DNA of 63,233 nt, filler included, from Octopus bimaculoides (lineage: Eukaryota): assembly GCF_001194135.2 (NCBI RefSeq). It is 10 parts of 8 records of this genome, joined end to end, with 100 filler letters (N's around TTAATTAATTAA, not from the genome) between each part and the next. Parts side by side here need not be neighbours in the genome. Positions count along the whole stretch, not along the records: positions 1 to 2,238 come from NW_026368174.1; positions 2,339 to 17,036 come from NC_068996.1; 8 more parts are not named here. One strand, written 5' to 3'. Shown piece by piece: positions 1 to 13,214 of the stretch. The notes below the pieces were generated by a model. The model had not been told where the DNA came from and did not search any database. It worked only from the letters and a program-made list of their open reading frames with translations. The position numbers and the translations under genes are program-made. Position 1 is the first letter of the stretch. Each line of letters opens with the position of its first letter.

Positions 1-1344
1 ATATATACACACACGTATATATATATGTATATACATTTCATACCATACAATCATATATAAGCACACAATTACAAACACTCAAATGTAATTTTGTACATAC
101 TCACAAGTGTATGAACACAGACGTACATATTTACATATCGACATACATACATACATACATACATACATACATACATACTTACATGCATACATACATGCAT
201 ACATACATACATATACACATCAAGCATAGATTTTTCTCACTATCTCTCCCTAAGGAGTCATGATAACACACTAAAACGCACTGATGTATAAAAAAAACCA
301 GCAATTCAACAAATCATTGTATGATTAGCATAGAATATACCCCAAGGATGGCAGAAAACATCCACTATGCATATATCAGTAAAAAACCCATTCGTGATTG
401 GTAGCCATGGTCTATATGACAAAGCTATTGACTTGCAGGTCCATCAGGGTTAATTAATCACGTATAATATATACATACACAGATATGTATGTATGTATGT
501 ATATATATATATATAAATATACATGCATACATAGTTTTATATATATACGTATACATATATATATATATATATANNNNNNNNNNNNNNNNNNNNNNNNNNN
601 NNNNNNNNNNNNNNNNNNNNNNNNNNNNNNNNNNNNNNNNNNNNNNNNNNNNNNNNNNNNNNNNNNNNNNNNNNNNNNNNNNNNNNNNNNNNNNNNNNNN
701 NNNNNNNNNNNNNNNNNNNNNNNNNNNNNNNNNNNNNNNNNNNNNNNNNNNNNNNNNNNNNNNNNNNNNNNNNNNNNNNNNNNNNNNNNNNNNNNNNNNN
801 NNNNNNNNNNNNNNNNNNNNNNNNNNNNNNNNNNNNNNNNNNNNNNNNNNNNNNNNNNNNNNNNNNNNNNNNNNNNNNNNNNNNNNNNNNNNNNNNNNNN
901 NNNNNNNNNNNNNNNNNNNNNNNNNNNNNNNNNNNNNNNNNNNNNNNNNNNNNNNNNNNNNNNNNNNNNNNNNNNNNNNNNNNNNNNNNNNNNNNNNNNN
1001 NNNNNNNNNNNNNNNNNNNNNNNNNNNNNNNNNNNNNNNNNNNNNNNNNNNNNNNNNNNNNNNNNNNNNNNNNNNNNNNNNNNNNNNNNNNNNNNNNNNN
1101 NNNNNNNNNNNNNNNNNNNNNNNNNNNNNNNNNNNNNNNNNNNNNNNNNNNNNNNNNNNNNNNNNNNNNNNNNNNNNNNNNNNNNNNNNNNNNNNNNNNN
1201 NNNNNNNNNNNNNNNNNNNNNNNNNNNNNNNNNNNNNNNNNNNNNNNNNNNNNNNNNNNNNNNNNNNNNNNNNNNNNNNNNNNNNNNNNNNNNNNNNNNN
1301 NNNNNNNNNNNNNNNNNNNNNNNNNNNNNNNNNNNNNNNNNNNN

Positions 1345-1620
1345 ATCTTTTGAACTTCAGCCATTTTGGGGTTTCCTGGAATCTGATCTAGGTAGTAATC
1401 AGCCCGTTTCGCTGTCATTCCCAGGGCACCTATGACAATAGGTATTGTTTTTGTCTTCAGATTCCACATTTTGCTAATTTCTATTTCAAGATCTTTATAT
1501 TTGCTCAGTTTTTGGTAGGTCTTGACAGATACGTTTATATCGATTGGGACAGTCATATCAATGAGGAGGCATGATTTTTGTCTGAAGTCTTTCAGTATGA
1601 TGTCTGGCCTTTTCCTTTTA
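1345..1620 (-). mobile_element. R4/Dong-like non-LTR retrotransposon, restriction-like endonuclease (RLE) fragment
   Basis: Minus-strand translation KRPDIILKDFRQKSCLLIDMTVPIDINVSVKTYQKLSKYKDLEIEISKMWNLKTKTIPIVIGALG contains the PD-x-D RLE motif. Same family as 58455-58751. Confidence 0.85.
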
Positions 1621-1959
1621 TTTTGCTCTTGCCATGGCGTCGGTCATTGAACTGAAGGCTTGTTCGTTGTTATATGTTCGTCAATTAAGTTCCTGTCGAC
1701 GGCTGCTTGGTGGTAACTATTTGTTTTGCCGATCCTCAATGTAGGGAAAAAAACAAATCAACAGCGTGTAAAGGAAGTCATCTGAGACAGGTCTAATAAA
1801 AACTGCGTGTACGCAACTGCGTAGGCACCTTTTTTTATTACCGAACACCAGAACACACATACATGGCAACGTGCTTGGATGTATACATACATACATACAT
1901 ACATACAGTAGAAGAAAAACACCGAGTACTCCATTTCTCGTCCGGCTGCCATCATCAGA

Positions 1960-2192
1960 TGTGCAGATATATCTCGTCGGGTGATAAACAGATTCAACTC
2001 CACCAGTTGTTAGGTGTCCCACCCAAGAGGAATCGATGCTAGGTGTGTCGAAACAATTGTCGTGATTAATAAGAAATTCTCGTATATTCCATCTTCTGTC
2101 TTTCATTCGCCATACTATATAACGATCAGTGTGAAAGTGACCATGCTTTACCAATAAGCTACCAGGTGTAAGCCATTCGTTTTATTATCCAT
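1960..2192 (+). repeat. PLE terminal-repeat (pLTR)-like dispersed repeat, copy 1
   Basis: Reverse-complement match to 35861-36060 and segmental match to 61800-61992. Contains GAAACAATTGTC. Confidence 0.6.
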
Positions 2193-2198
2193 TATATA

Positions 2199-2238
<40 letters not shown>

Positions 2239-2338
2239 NNNNNNNNNNNNNNNNNNNNNNNNNNNNNNNNNNNNNNNNNNNNTTAATTAATTAANNNNNN
2301 NNNNNNNNNNNNNNNNNNNNNNNNNNNNNNNNNNNNNN
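2239..2338. other. Artificial contig linker (first of nine)
   Basis: 44 N + TTAATTAATTAA + 44 N. The 12-mer also occurs at 17081, 18310, 33969, 39765, 52177, 58796, 60093 and 62107. Confidence 0.95.
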
Positions 2339-2400
<62 letters not shown>

Positions 2401-2703
2401 AAGAGAGTGGGGAAAGAGACACAAATGTGTCTAGGTATATAAATGTACATGCATTATACGTATAAGTACATGTAATCAAGACATCTTTGTGGTAAATTAT
2501 GGTTGCAAACACTCGATAAAATTAGAGATAAAAATATACACTTACGCATAACCCATACCCATATTTCTATATACACATATTTCCTCACGGGTGTACATAT
2601 TATACATAAATACATATCTACCCATAACACCCAAGGAAACACACACACACACACACACACACATATCCATCATTTGCTTTCTCTCTTTCTCTTTCTTTCT
2701 ATA

Positions 2704-2741
<38 letters not shown>

Positions 2742-3149
2742 TACTTGTATGTATTTGTGTGTGTGTGTGCCGTGTAAATATAGAATGCTTGCACATATCA
2801 CTGAATCTAATCAAGCATGATTAAATTGTATTTCTGTAGCACCTCAGGATATACATAGAGACATAGAATCACCGCTTATGTTCTTTTCATATTGTAGATA
2901 TATATTATATCATACTATATTATATTTTATTATATATAAATATCCGCGTGTTTGTATATGCGCACCTATAGTAATGTGCGTATTCAAGTGAGTGTATGTA
3001 TAAATTGTGTGTGTGTATAAGTACGCATATTCACTTATTACAACTTACCCTTTTATGAAACCTGATGTTACACACCTCAAGTTGTTCAGTGAATTATGCA
3101 TTCATAACTGAATTAGGAATATTTGTAGCAGCAAGCTAAAAATGATTAA

Positions 3150-3163
3150 TAATAGTAATGATG

Positions 3164-3194
<31 letters not shown>

Positions 3195-3290
3195 TGATGA
3201 TGATGATGATGATGATGATCATCATCATCATCATCATCATCATCATAATAATAATAATAATAATAATAGTAATAATAATAATAATAATCT
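3150..3290. repeat. Compound microsatellite (AAT)n-(GAT)n-(CAT)n-(AAT)n
   Basis: Direct reading of the sequence. Confidence 0.95.
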
Positions 3291-3532
3291 CATATTTCTT
3301 TACATCTTATCTCTATAATATCATGTAACTCATATTCCTTGTACATGGTATGTGATGTGCATGTACCAAAATGTATATACGCACATAATAAGCAGTCACA
3401 GACATATACGTATGTGTATGTATATACAAATATATATATTATGTAAATCACATATATGAACGTATGCATACACAAACACGCACACACACGCATATATAAG
3501 CACACACATACACATATGCTATGTGCATGCGC

Positions 3533-3598
<66 letters not shown>

Positions 3599-3623
3599 CT
3601 GTGTGTGTAAGTATGTATGAATA

Positions 3624-3665
<42 letters not shown>

Positions 3666-3764
3666 AACTTATATATACATACAAATATATACTTATATAT
3701 GCATACATATATATATATACTTATATTTACATACATATATATATACGTATATATGTATATCTTT

Positions 3765-3970
3765 GTGTGACTATGTTTGTCCCCACCCACTGTCGCTCGA
3801 CAACCGATGTTGGTGTGTTTATGTCCCCGTAACTGAGCGGTTTGGCAATAGAGTCCGACAGGATAAGTACTAGGCTTACAAAGAATAAGCACTGAGATTT
3901 GTTCGACTAAAGGCGGGGCTCCAGCATGGTCGCAGTCAAATGACCGAAACAAATGAAAAGAATAAAAGAT
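3765..3970 (+). mobile_element. SINE family S1, 3' half
   Basis: Matches the reverse complement of the S1 copies at 53925-54305 and 56160-56590 (gacaaccgatgttggtgtgtttatgtccccgtaact...ccagcatggtcgcagtcaaatgac). Confidence 0.8.
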
Positions 3971-5178
3971 AAGAATATATATAGACAAATAGATAGACGT
4001 GAGTGCACTTGTGGTTGTGTGTGTGTGTGTGTGTATGTGTGTGTTTGTCTTTGTACTTGTGTACCTGAACACTACTACATGTCAATTTAACAATTGGTGC
4101 TGTTGTGTATACGTACCCAGAATAAGTGACAGGTACGGAACAAAACCCTCGAAGGTGTTTGCCCCAGCATGGCTGCAGACCAATGGTAAAAACATGTAAA
4201 CACATACATAAATACAGGGATATATGCATTCATGCCTATTAATACAAATAATATACATATATGTTTCGAAATGCACAAATACATTCATTCGTATATGTGT
4301 ACATCTCTGCATCAGTGCACAAGCATCTTGCTTGCTCAATCATTGTAAACATTTAATCATGTATGTATAAGTCTGCATGTTTGTCTGCCTGCCTATCCGT
4401 CTGTCTGATTTGTCTCTATGTGTATATACGTGTATAAACGCACACACATGTACACATGTTGTATGTTATAATTATACGCATATACACTTGTTTATGACAG
4501 GAAATACATACAAACGCATATATATATATATATATATANNNNNNNNNNNNNNNNNNNNNNNNNNNNNNNNNNNNNNNNNNNNNNNNNNNNNNNNNNNNNN
4601 NNNNNNNNNNNNNNNNNNNNNNNNNNNNNNNNNNNNNNNNNNNNNNNNNNNNNNNNNNNNNNNNNNNNNNNNNNNNNNNNNNNNNNNNNNNNNNNNNNNN
4701 NNNNNNNNNNNNNNNNNNNNNNNNNNNNNNNNNNNNNNNNNNNNNNNNNNNNNNNNNNNNNNNNNNNNNNNNNNNNNNNNNNNNNNNNNNNNNNNNNNNN
4801 NNNNNNNNNNNNNNNNNNNNNNNNNNNNNNNNNNNNNNNNNNNNNNNNNNNNNNNNNNNNNNNNNNNNNNNNNNNNNNNNNNNNNNNNNNNNNNNNNNNN
4901 NNNNNNNNNNNNNNNNNNNNNNNNNNNNNNNNNNNNNNNNNNNNNNNNNNNNNNNNNNNNNNNNNNNNNNNNNNNNNNNNNNNNNNNNNNNNNNNNNNNN
5001 NNNNNNNNNNNNNNNNNNNNNNNNNNNNNNNNNNNNNNNNNNNNNNNNNNNNNNNNNNNNNNNNNNNNNNNNNNNNNNNNNNNNNNNNNNNNNNNNNNNN
5101 NNNNNNNNNNNNNNNNNNNNNNNNNNNNNNNNNNNNNNNNNNNNNNNNNNNNTATATATATATACATACATACACTAC

Positions 5179-5242
<64 letters not shown>

Positions 5243-5575
5243 GCACATATATATATATATATATAAATATATTTATATACCGGCATGTTTATATACATAT
5301 ATACGAAATATATATATACATTCTCAAAAATGTTATGTAGAGTGAGAGAATGAGTATTTATATATAGTTTATTCGACTCATAGATAAGATGAAAGGTGAA
5401 CACATGCACAGACACACGCATGTATATGTATACACGCAAATACACACACGTATATATATATATATAAGCGTGTGTGTATTTGCGTGTATATATATATGTA
5501 TACATATATCTATAAACACAAAAACACATACTTATACACACACACACACATATATATATGTATCTATATGAGTGT

Positions 5576-5628
<53 letters not shown>

Positions 5629-6516
5629 NNNNNNNNNNNNNNNNNNNNNNNNNNNNNNNNNNNNNNNNNNNNNNNNNNNNNNNNNNNNNNNNNNNNNNNN
5701 NNNNNNNNNNNNNNNNNNNNNNNNNNNNNNNNNNNNNNNNNNNNNNNNNNNNNNNNNNNNNNNNNNNNNNNNNNNNNNNNNNNNNNNNNNNNNNNNNNNN
5801 NNNNNNNNNNNNNNNNNNNNNNNNNNNNNNNNNNNNNNNNNNNNNNNNNNNNNNNNNNNNNNNNNNNNNNNNNNNNNNNNNNNNNNNNNNNNNNNNNNNN
5901 NNNNNNNNNNNNNNNNNNNNNNNNNNNNNNNNNNNNNNNNNNNNNNNNNNNNNNNNNNNNNNNNNNNNNNNNNNNNNNNNNNNNNNNNNNNNNNNNNNNN
6001 NNNNNNNNNNNNNNNNNNNNNNNNNNNNNNNNNNNNNNNNNNNNNNNNNNNNNNNNNNNNNNNNNNNNNNNNNNNNNNNNNNNNNNNNNNNNNNNNNNNN
6101 NNNNNNNNNNNNNNNNNNNNNNNNNNNNNNNNNNNNNNNNNNNNNNNNNNNNNNNNNNNNNNNNNNNNNNNNNNNNNNNNNNNNNNNNNNNNNNNNNNNN
6201 NNNNNNNNNNNNNNNNNNNNNNNNNNNNNNNNNNNNNNNNNNNNNNNNNNNNNNNNNNNNNNNNNNNNNNNNNNNNNNNNNNNNNNNNNNNNNNNNNNNN
6301 NNNNNNNNNNNNNNNNNNNNNNNNNNNNNNNNNNNNNNNNNNNNNNNNNNNNNNNNNNNNNNNNNNNNNNNNNNNNNNNNNNNNNNNNNNNNNNNNNNNN
6401 NNNNNNNNNNNNNNNNNNNNNNNNNNNNNNNNNNNNNNNNNNNNNNNNNNNNNNNNNNNNNNNNNNNNNNNNNNNNNNNNNNNNNNNNNNNNNNNNNNNN
6501 NNNNNNNNNNNNATGC

Positions 6517-6556
<40 letters not shown>

Positions 6557-7367
6557 ATGCATGTATGTATGAATATATATGTATTCATCCTTAAGAAGAG
6601 CATTACAATATCTGCGAATCTATTCAAAATACAGTTTTTTTTTCATTCTGTTCTTTTAATACACAAATTACCGTTATTCAAAGAGACGTAACTACGGGCA
6701 ATTCATGAAACTAATAATTCGTTTGTGATTTAAAACGTTTTTGAAATTGTATGCATATTTTCTAAACTCATGTGAATTTTCAAAATTGACTTATAGCTGT
6801 CTATTTATCTGTCTATCTTGGTTTATTGTATCGATTTCTTTGGTGTTGCTTACATTCCCGTTTCCTGTTTGTATTTTTGTTTCATGCTTGTTAACTTATT
6901 ATTTGTTTTGAATTTTCAAAAAATAATTTTGTGTATTATTTATCTACTGTTTCCGTCATTATGCACACGCATAAAGCCAAAGCGTATATACGGCCGACAA
7001 TATACGTCTACTTAAAGATGTAGGCATTTAGCATTTAACCAAAGTATGCTCATCACCTGCATCTAACAATCAACGGTTGTATATTACAACACAAAACGCG
7101 CACAAACACATACATACATACATACATACATACATACATACATAAATACATACATACATACATGCATACATACATGTACGTACATACGTACATACGTAAG
7201 TATAAATGTATGTATGTATAAGTAAGTATAAATGTATAAATGTATAAGAAAGCAAGCTCGTACGCATTCCCCACATACATACACAAACACACATGCAGCA
7301 TTTATGGTTGTATAGTTCAATGTGCGTGTATGCATGTCTTGTGTGTGTGTGTCCAAATATCATATTC

Positions 7368-7468
<101 letters not shown>

Positions 7469-7981
7469 NNNNNNNNNNNNNNNNNNNNNNNNNNNNNNNN
7501 NNNNNNNNNNNNNNNNNNNNNNNNNNNNNNNNNNNNNNNNNNNNNNNNNNNNNNNNNNNNNNNNNNNNNNNNNNNNNNNNNNNNNNNNNNNNNNNNNNNN
7601 NNNNNNNNNNNNNNNNNNNNNNNNNNNNNNNNNNNNNNNNNNNNNNNNNNNNNNNNNNNNNNNNNNNNNNNNNNNNNNNNNNNNNNNNNNNNNNNNNNNN
7701 NNNNNNNNNNNNNNNNNNNNNNNNNNNNNNNNNNNNNNNNNNNNNNNNNNNNNNNNNNNNNNNNNNNNNNNNNNNNNNNNNNNNNNNNNNNNNNNNNNNN
7801 NNNNNNNNNNNNNNNNNNNNNNNNNNNNNNNNNNNNNNNNNNNNNNNNNNNNNNNNNNNNNNNNNNNNNNNNNNNNNNNNNNNNNNNNNNNNNNNNNNNN
7901 NNNNNNNNNNNNNNNNNNNNNNNNNNNNNNNNNNNNNNNNNNNNNNNNNNNNNNNNNNNNNNNNNNNNNNNNNNNNNNNNN

Positions 7982-8025
7982 TGGTTGGTAAGCAAGCTAC
8001 TTACCACACAGCTACTCCTGCGCCT
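7982..8025 (-). mobile_element. SINE family S1, tRNA-like head (remainder in gap)
   Basis: Reverse complement reads aggcgcaggagtagctgtgtggtaagtagcttgcttaccaacca. Confidence 0.75.
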
Positions 8026-8150
8026 ATATATATATCTATATATATATCGATAGATAGATACATAGATAGATAGATCGATAGATAGATAGAGACATACACA
8101 CAGACACACAGACACACACACACACACACACACACATACACACACACACA

Positions 8151-8189
<39 letters not shown>

Positions 8190-8249
8190 CGTGATTTTGT
8201 CTTCAAAGTTTCGTTTGCTTGGAAGAAAATCCTGATTCTCTGGCATTTA

Positions 8250-8640
8250 AGTATCGCAGAAGTCTATCCCTAATTTTTCAATATACACAGAAATAGCTAA
8301 ATTTACTATTTATTTTTTCCTTTTTGTATATCCACTACGTACGTTTCTAAATACTGTATCATACATTGATACGATGTGGACTGAGATCTCCGTTGTTAGG
8401 TTGCTGATATTAATTAAAGTGTTAAATGCTTTTTATATTCAAATTGGTAGCTCCATCTCTTTAGTCGCTACTGGATTTATTTAGTATATAAACTGATTGG
8501 TTATTTATTTCTCTGGGATTGGTCATATGTTGTAAACACCTTTGATGAGAAACCAATAAGGTTCCAATAATCGATTAAGGCTGTTCGTTAGTTTTTCAAT
8601 CAGTGGAGAATTAGTTCGATTTGCTCTGTTTGCTGCTCTT
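8250..8640 (-). pseudogene. Possible highly decayed PLE reverse transcriptase fragment
   Basis: Minus-strand translation NSPLIEKLTNSLNRLLEP...EISVHIVSMYDTV loosely resembles PLE RT motifs 2-3. Many stop codons. Confidence 0.25.
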
Positions 8641-8744
8641 TTAAATAATGTTACATGCCTTACGTATGTAGTAATCATAACGTTTTCATATGTAACTATA
8701 TATCTACATATCTATGTCTGTCTATGTATTTATGTATCTTTTAT

Positions 8745-9085
8745 CTTTTAATTGTTCCGGTCATCAGACTGTGTCCATGCTGGAGCACCGCCTTGGGGAA
8801 ACTTTAGACGAGTGAATCGACATAGGTAGTTATCTGTTCTTGGGCCGAACCGCTAGGTTACAAGGATGTAAAGACGCTAATATTGGTTGTCAAGCGGTGT
8901 TGTCAAAAACACAGGCACAAAGATAAACACACGCATACACACACACACGCACATATACGACGAGTTTCTTTCACACACAAGGCTTTGGTCGGTACAAGGC
9001 ACACACCCAAGGTGCCACGCAGTGGGACTGAACCAGAAACCATGCGGTTGGGAAGCAAGCTTCTTATCACACAACACCACGCCTA
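8745..9085 (-). mobile_element. SINE family S1, near full length, diverged
   Basis: Contains aaggctttggtcgg...cccaaggtgccacgcagtgggactgaacc...accatgcggttgggaagcaagcttctta with an internal CA tract. Confidence 0.85.
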
Positions 9086-9101
9086 CGCTTCTCTCTCTCT
9101 T

Positions 9102-9184
<83 letters not shown>

Positions 9185-9714
9185 NNNNNNNNNNNNNNNN
9201 NNNNNNNNNNNNNNNNNNNNNNNNNNNNNNNNNNNNNNNNNNNNNNNNNNNNNNNNNNNNNNNNNNNNNNNNNNNNNNNNNNNNNNNNNNNNNNNNNNNN
9301 NNNNNNNNNNNNNNNNNNNNNNNNNNNNNNNNNNNNNNNNNNNNNNNNNNNNNNNNNNNNNNNNNNNNNNNNNNNNNNNNNNNNNNNNNNNNNNNNNNNN
9401 NNNNNNNNNNNNNNNNNNNNNNNNNNNNNNNNNNNNNNNNNNNNNNNNNNNNNNNNNNNNNNNNNNNNNNNNNNNNNNNNNNNNNNNNNNNNNNNNNNNN
9501 NNNNNNNNNNNNNNNNNNNNNNNNNNNNNNNNNNNNNNNNNNNNNNNNNNNNNNNNNNNNNNNNNNNNNNNNNNNNNNNNNNNNNNNNNNNNNNNNNNNN
9601 NNNNNNNNNNNNNNNNNNNNNNNNNNNNNNNNNNNNNNNNNNNNNNNNNNNNNNTATATATATATATATATATAATTTAGAGAATTACCATTGCTTATAT
9701 ATGTAGATAGATAA

Positions 9715-9780
<66 letters not shown>

Positions 9781-9866
9781 GGAGAGATAGATAGATAGAT
9801 AGATAGATAGATACATACATACATACATACATACATACATACATACATGCATACATACATACATAC

Positions 9867-11360
9867 TTGTAACAAGGAACGTGTTACTAAGGAATACAAA
9901 AATCGGGTTAGGAAAATATAGACCTCGGAACTCTCTGCATTCAATAAAGCAATAGCCCACAATGTGTTTGCAGTACCAGTACTCGTACCGACATTCGGGA
10001 TACTTGACTGGACGATCGATGAAATCCGAGCCCTTGATGTGAAGACCCGGAAAATACTAACGAGCACGAACAACTTTCACATCAATAGCGATGTAGACCG
10101 CCTATACCTAAAACGAAATAAAGGAGGGAGGGGCCTAACATCAATTCAGACTGCCTTCGAATGCCATGTCATATCTCTTCGACATCATCTCATAACCACC
10201 AAGTGTCGATGTGCACCCCTTGATGAAGTCTGCAGGCATAAGGTAAATACCATCATGAGATTGGGAAGGCAACTACTTGACAAGCATTCCTTATTCGACA
10301 ACCCTGAACTCTTACCCAAAGAAATTGCAAGACTCTACCGTAACATGACATCAAAGGAGAGGATGAATGCATTCCAACAGAAGACCATGCATGGATACGT
10401 TAACAGAAAACTCCAGGGTGATAACAACATTGACAACCAGAGCAGTCTATCGTGGACAAACAATCGGGTCACCAACTCTCACTTTGAAGGGTATGCCTTT
10501 GCTATTCAAGAACAAGAAATAGCAACCAAATTCCTAATTAACAAACGGGACAGAGAGGCGGGCAAAGCGCCACAACGTAATAATCGATGCAGACTCTGTG
10601 GAATCAATATCGAAGATATCACCCACATCATTAGCAGCTGTCCAAAAATGTCATCACGGTATTACCTACCTATGAGACATGATGTTGTNNNNNNNNNNNN
10701 NNNNNNNNNNNNNNNNNNNNNNNNNNNNNNNNNNNNNNNNNNNNNNNNNNNNNNNNNNNNNNNNNNNNNNNNNNNNNNNNNNNNNNNNNNNNNNNNNNNN
10801 NNNNNNNNNNNNNNNNNNNNNNNNNNNNNNNNNNNNNNNNNNNNNNNNNNNNNNNNNNNNNNNNNNNNNNNNNNNNNNNNNNNNNNNNNNNNNNCGCTAA
10901 AGATTAGAGAAAAAGAGAACAACTACGCCGAGCTACTGAGAAATTTGCAGATACTCCACCCAGACTACAAGTTCAAATTCATACCCGTGATTGTTGGGGC
11001 ATTGGGATATGTAACGAACTGCCTCAACAAAAACCTGGAAAAATTAGGGTTCTCAAAATCTGAAAGAAAAAGGCTGATTAGAAGACTACAGATTCAAGCC
11101 ATCAATGGAACTGTAAATATATGTAAAACTTTCCAAAAATTTAGCACATAAATACATATGCATGCATCTAGACATGAAAATATATACATAAAAACGCATC
11201 CATAAAACAAACATACAAATGTGCGCATACACTAACACCAAATACTGCACAAATACATAGATGATGTTGATAAAAGTTCCAATGAAGGAGACTTGAATCT
11301 ATGTTAGAGTCCGGCTCTTTCTCTATGGACAAGAAATACAGAAATGAAACTGATTGATAA
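9867..11360 (+). mobile_element. 5'-truncated R4/Dong-like LINE (RT C-terminus, CCHC finger, RLE C-terminus, 3' UTR)
   Basis: Translation NKERVTKEYKNRVRKI*TSELSAFNKAIAHNVFAVP, CRLCGINIEDITHIISSC, RHDV, FIPVIVGALG. Stop at 11149-11151; one in-frame stop near the 5' end; (CATA)n on both flanks. Confidence 0.9.
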
Positions 11361-11644
11361 CATACATACATACATGCATACATATATATATAGTTTACTT
11401 TTCTACTAAGGTAAGGTCAACAAAAAGAGTACTCCATCCGGTGAGGGATAAATATTGTTTAATGTACATAGTATATAGCTATGAGCTACTGATATTTTCA
11501 TAAATCGGTTATGAAACCTGCCGGGTAAACATTTGCAATGTATGAAACTGTTAGTAGCTCATAACTATATACTGTGAACATTAAACAGTAAACGCGTAAT
11601 CACACACACACACACACATACACACACACTCACACACACACACG

Positions 11645-11707
<63 letters not shown>

Positions 11708-12185
11708 NNNNNNNNNNNNNNNNNNNNNNNNNNNNNNNNNNNNNNNNNNNNNNNNNNNNNNNNNNNNNNNNNNNNNNNNNNNNNNNNNNNNNNNNNNNNN
11801 NNNNNNNNNNNNNNNNNNNNNNNNNNNNNNNNNNNNNNNNNNNNNNNNNNNNNNNNNNNNNNNNNNNNNNNNNNNNNNNNNNNNNNNNNNNNNNNNNNNN
11901 NNNNNNNNNNNNNNNNNNNNNNNNNNNNNNNNNNNNNNNNNNNNNNNNNNNNNNNNNNNNNNNNNNNNNNNNNNNNNNNNNNNNNNNNNNNNNNNNNNNN
12001 NNNNNNNNNNNNNNNNNNNNNNNNNNNNNNNNNNNNNNNNNNNNNNNNNNNNNNNNNNNNNNNNNNNNNNNNNNNNNNNNNNNNNNNNNNNNNNNNNNNN
12101 NNNNNNNNNNNNNNNNNNNNNNNNNNNNNNNNNNNNNNNNNNNNNNNNNNNNNNNNNNNNNNNNNNNNNNNNNNNNNNNNNNNNN

Positions 12186-12236
<51 letters not shown>

Positions 12237-13214
12237 ATACATATATATAAGAATCCCCTTTTCCACTATATAGCCGTGAAAATGATTGGTTCCACCGTGA
12301 AATGTAATCATCACAGTTTCACCTCACCTTATGTGAAACAAGAAGAATTTATATGAAAAGATTCTAAACGTCTTAATCTTACATCAGAGAAATAACATCC
12401 ATATTATATCTATGTAAAATAGGATCGGATTGCACGAAACTCACTTTAAAATTAATAACCGCAGGCAGGAAGAAAAGGCCCTTCAGCGATAGGGAAGAGA
12501 CGAAAACGACAGGTACTGGAGGGTACTGGTAGAAACAGCGGCGACTCCGTAAGTAGGTTAGCCCATATTTTTCATGATCTTGGACACAAAGCATTGCCAT
12601 CATAATCGCAGCTATTAATAGTGTATACAAACTTGAATTCGCCTGAACTAACTCACTGTTCTTTGCACATTGGTGTAAGCACTGGCAATTGTGTATTAGT
12701 TAATTCCTATTATAACTACGCTACGTTTCAGACAAATTTGAAATGTATGGTGTATTTTTTAATCAATAAACATTATTTTTTATCTATTTTTATCTATTTA
12801 TTTTTGTTTCGTAGGCATGAATAATCAACGTTATTACAGCATAAATTTAACTCTCAGTGGGCAGAGAAAACGCGATTGATTTGAGAAAAATCTTCATGAG
12901 AGAAACAATATCTATATTCAGTTTATGAAATTCACAGAAGAATATGTTACGTATAATTTCAGATTGTCCACACACATACCACAGCAGTGAAAGACGTCAG
13001 CAGATTACTTATTATGTAAAATTAGATAGACCAGTTTATTAGAGTCCTAGTGTGTACAAACTATAAATAGCTCTTGACCGCTTTGTCTCTCGGGTCAGAT
13101 CGTGGCTCTTTTTTCCCAATGAAGGTCCCAGATGAGACGCTTGTGGGAACGATTACAATTTTCTGTCCACATTGAGAGAAAACCTGTTGTCTAAATTGTA
13201 TAAACACTGTCTAA

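Noticed and set aside
3050-3136. Minus-strand segment bounded by strong acceptor and donor sites
   Set aside because: Stops in all three frames and no partner exon or homology. Such sites are common by chance in AT-rich DNA.
12379-12690. 83-aa minus-strand ORF and several splice-like sites in unique sequence
   Set aside because: No recognisable motif, weak acceptors, and alternative frames give no consistent model.
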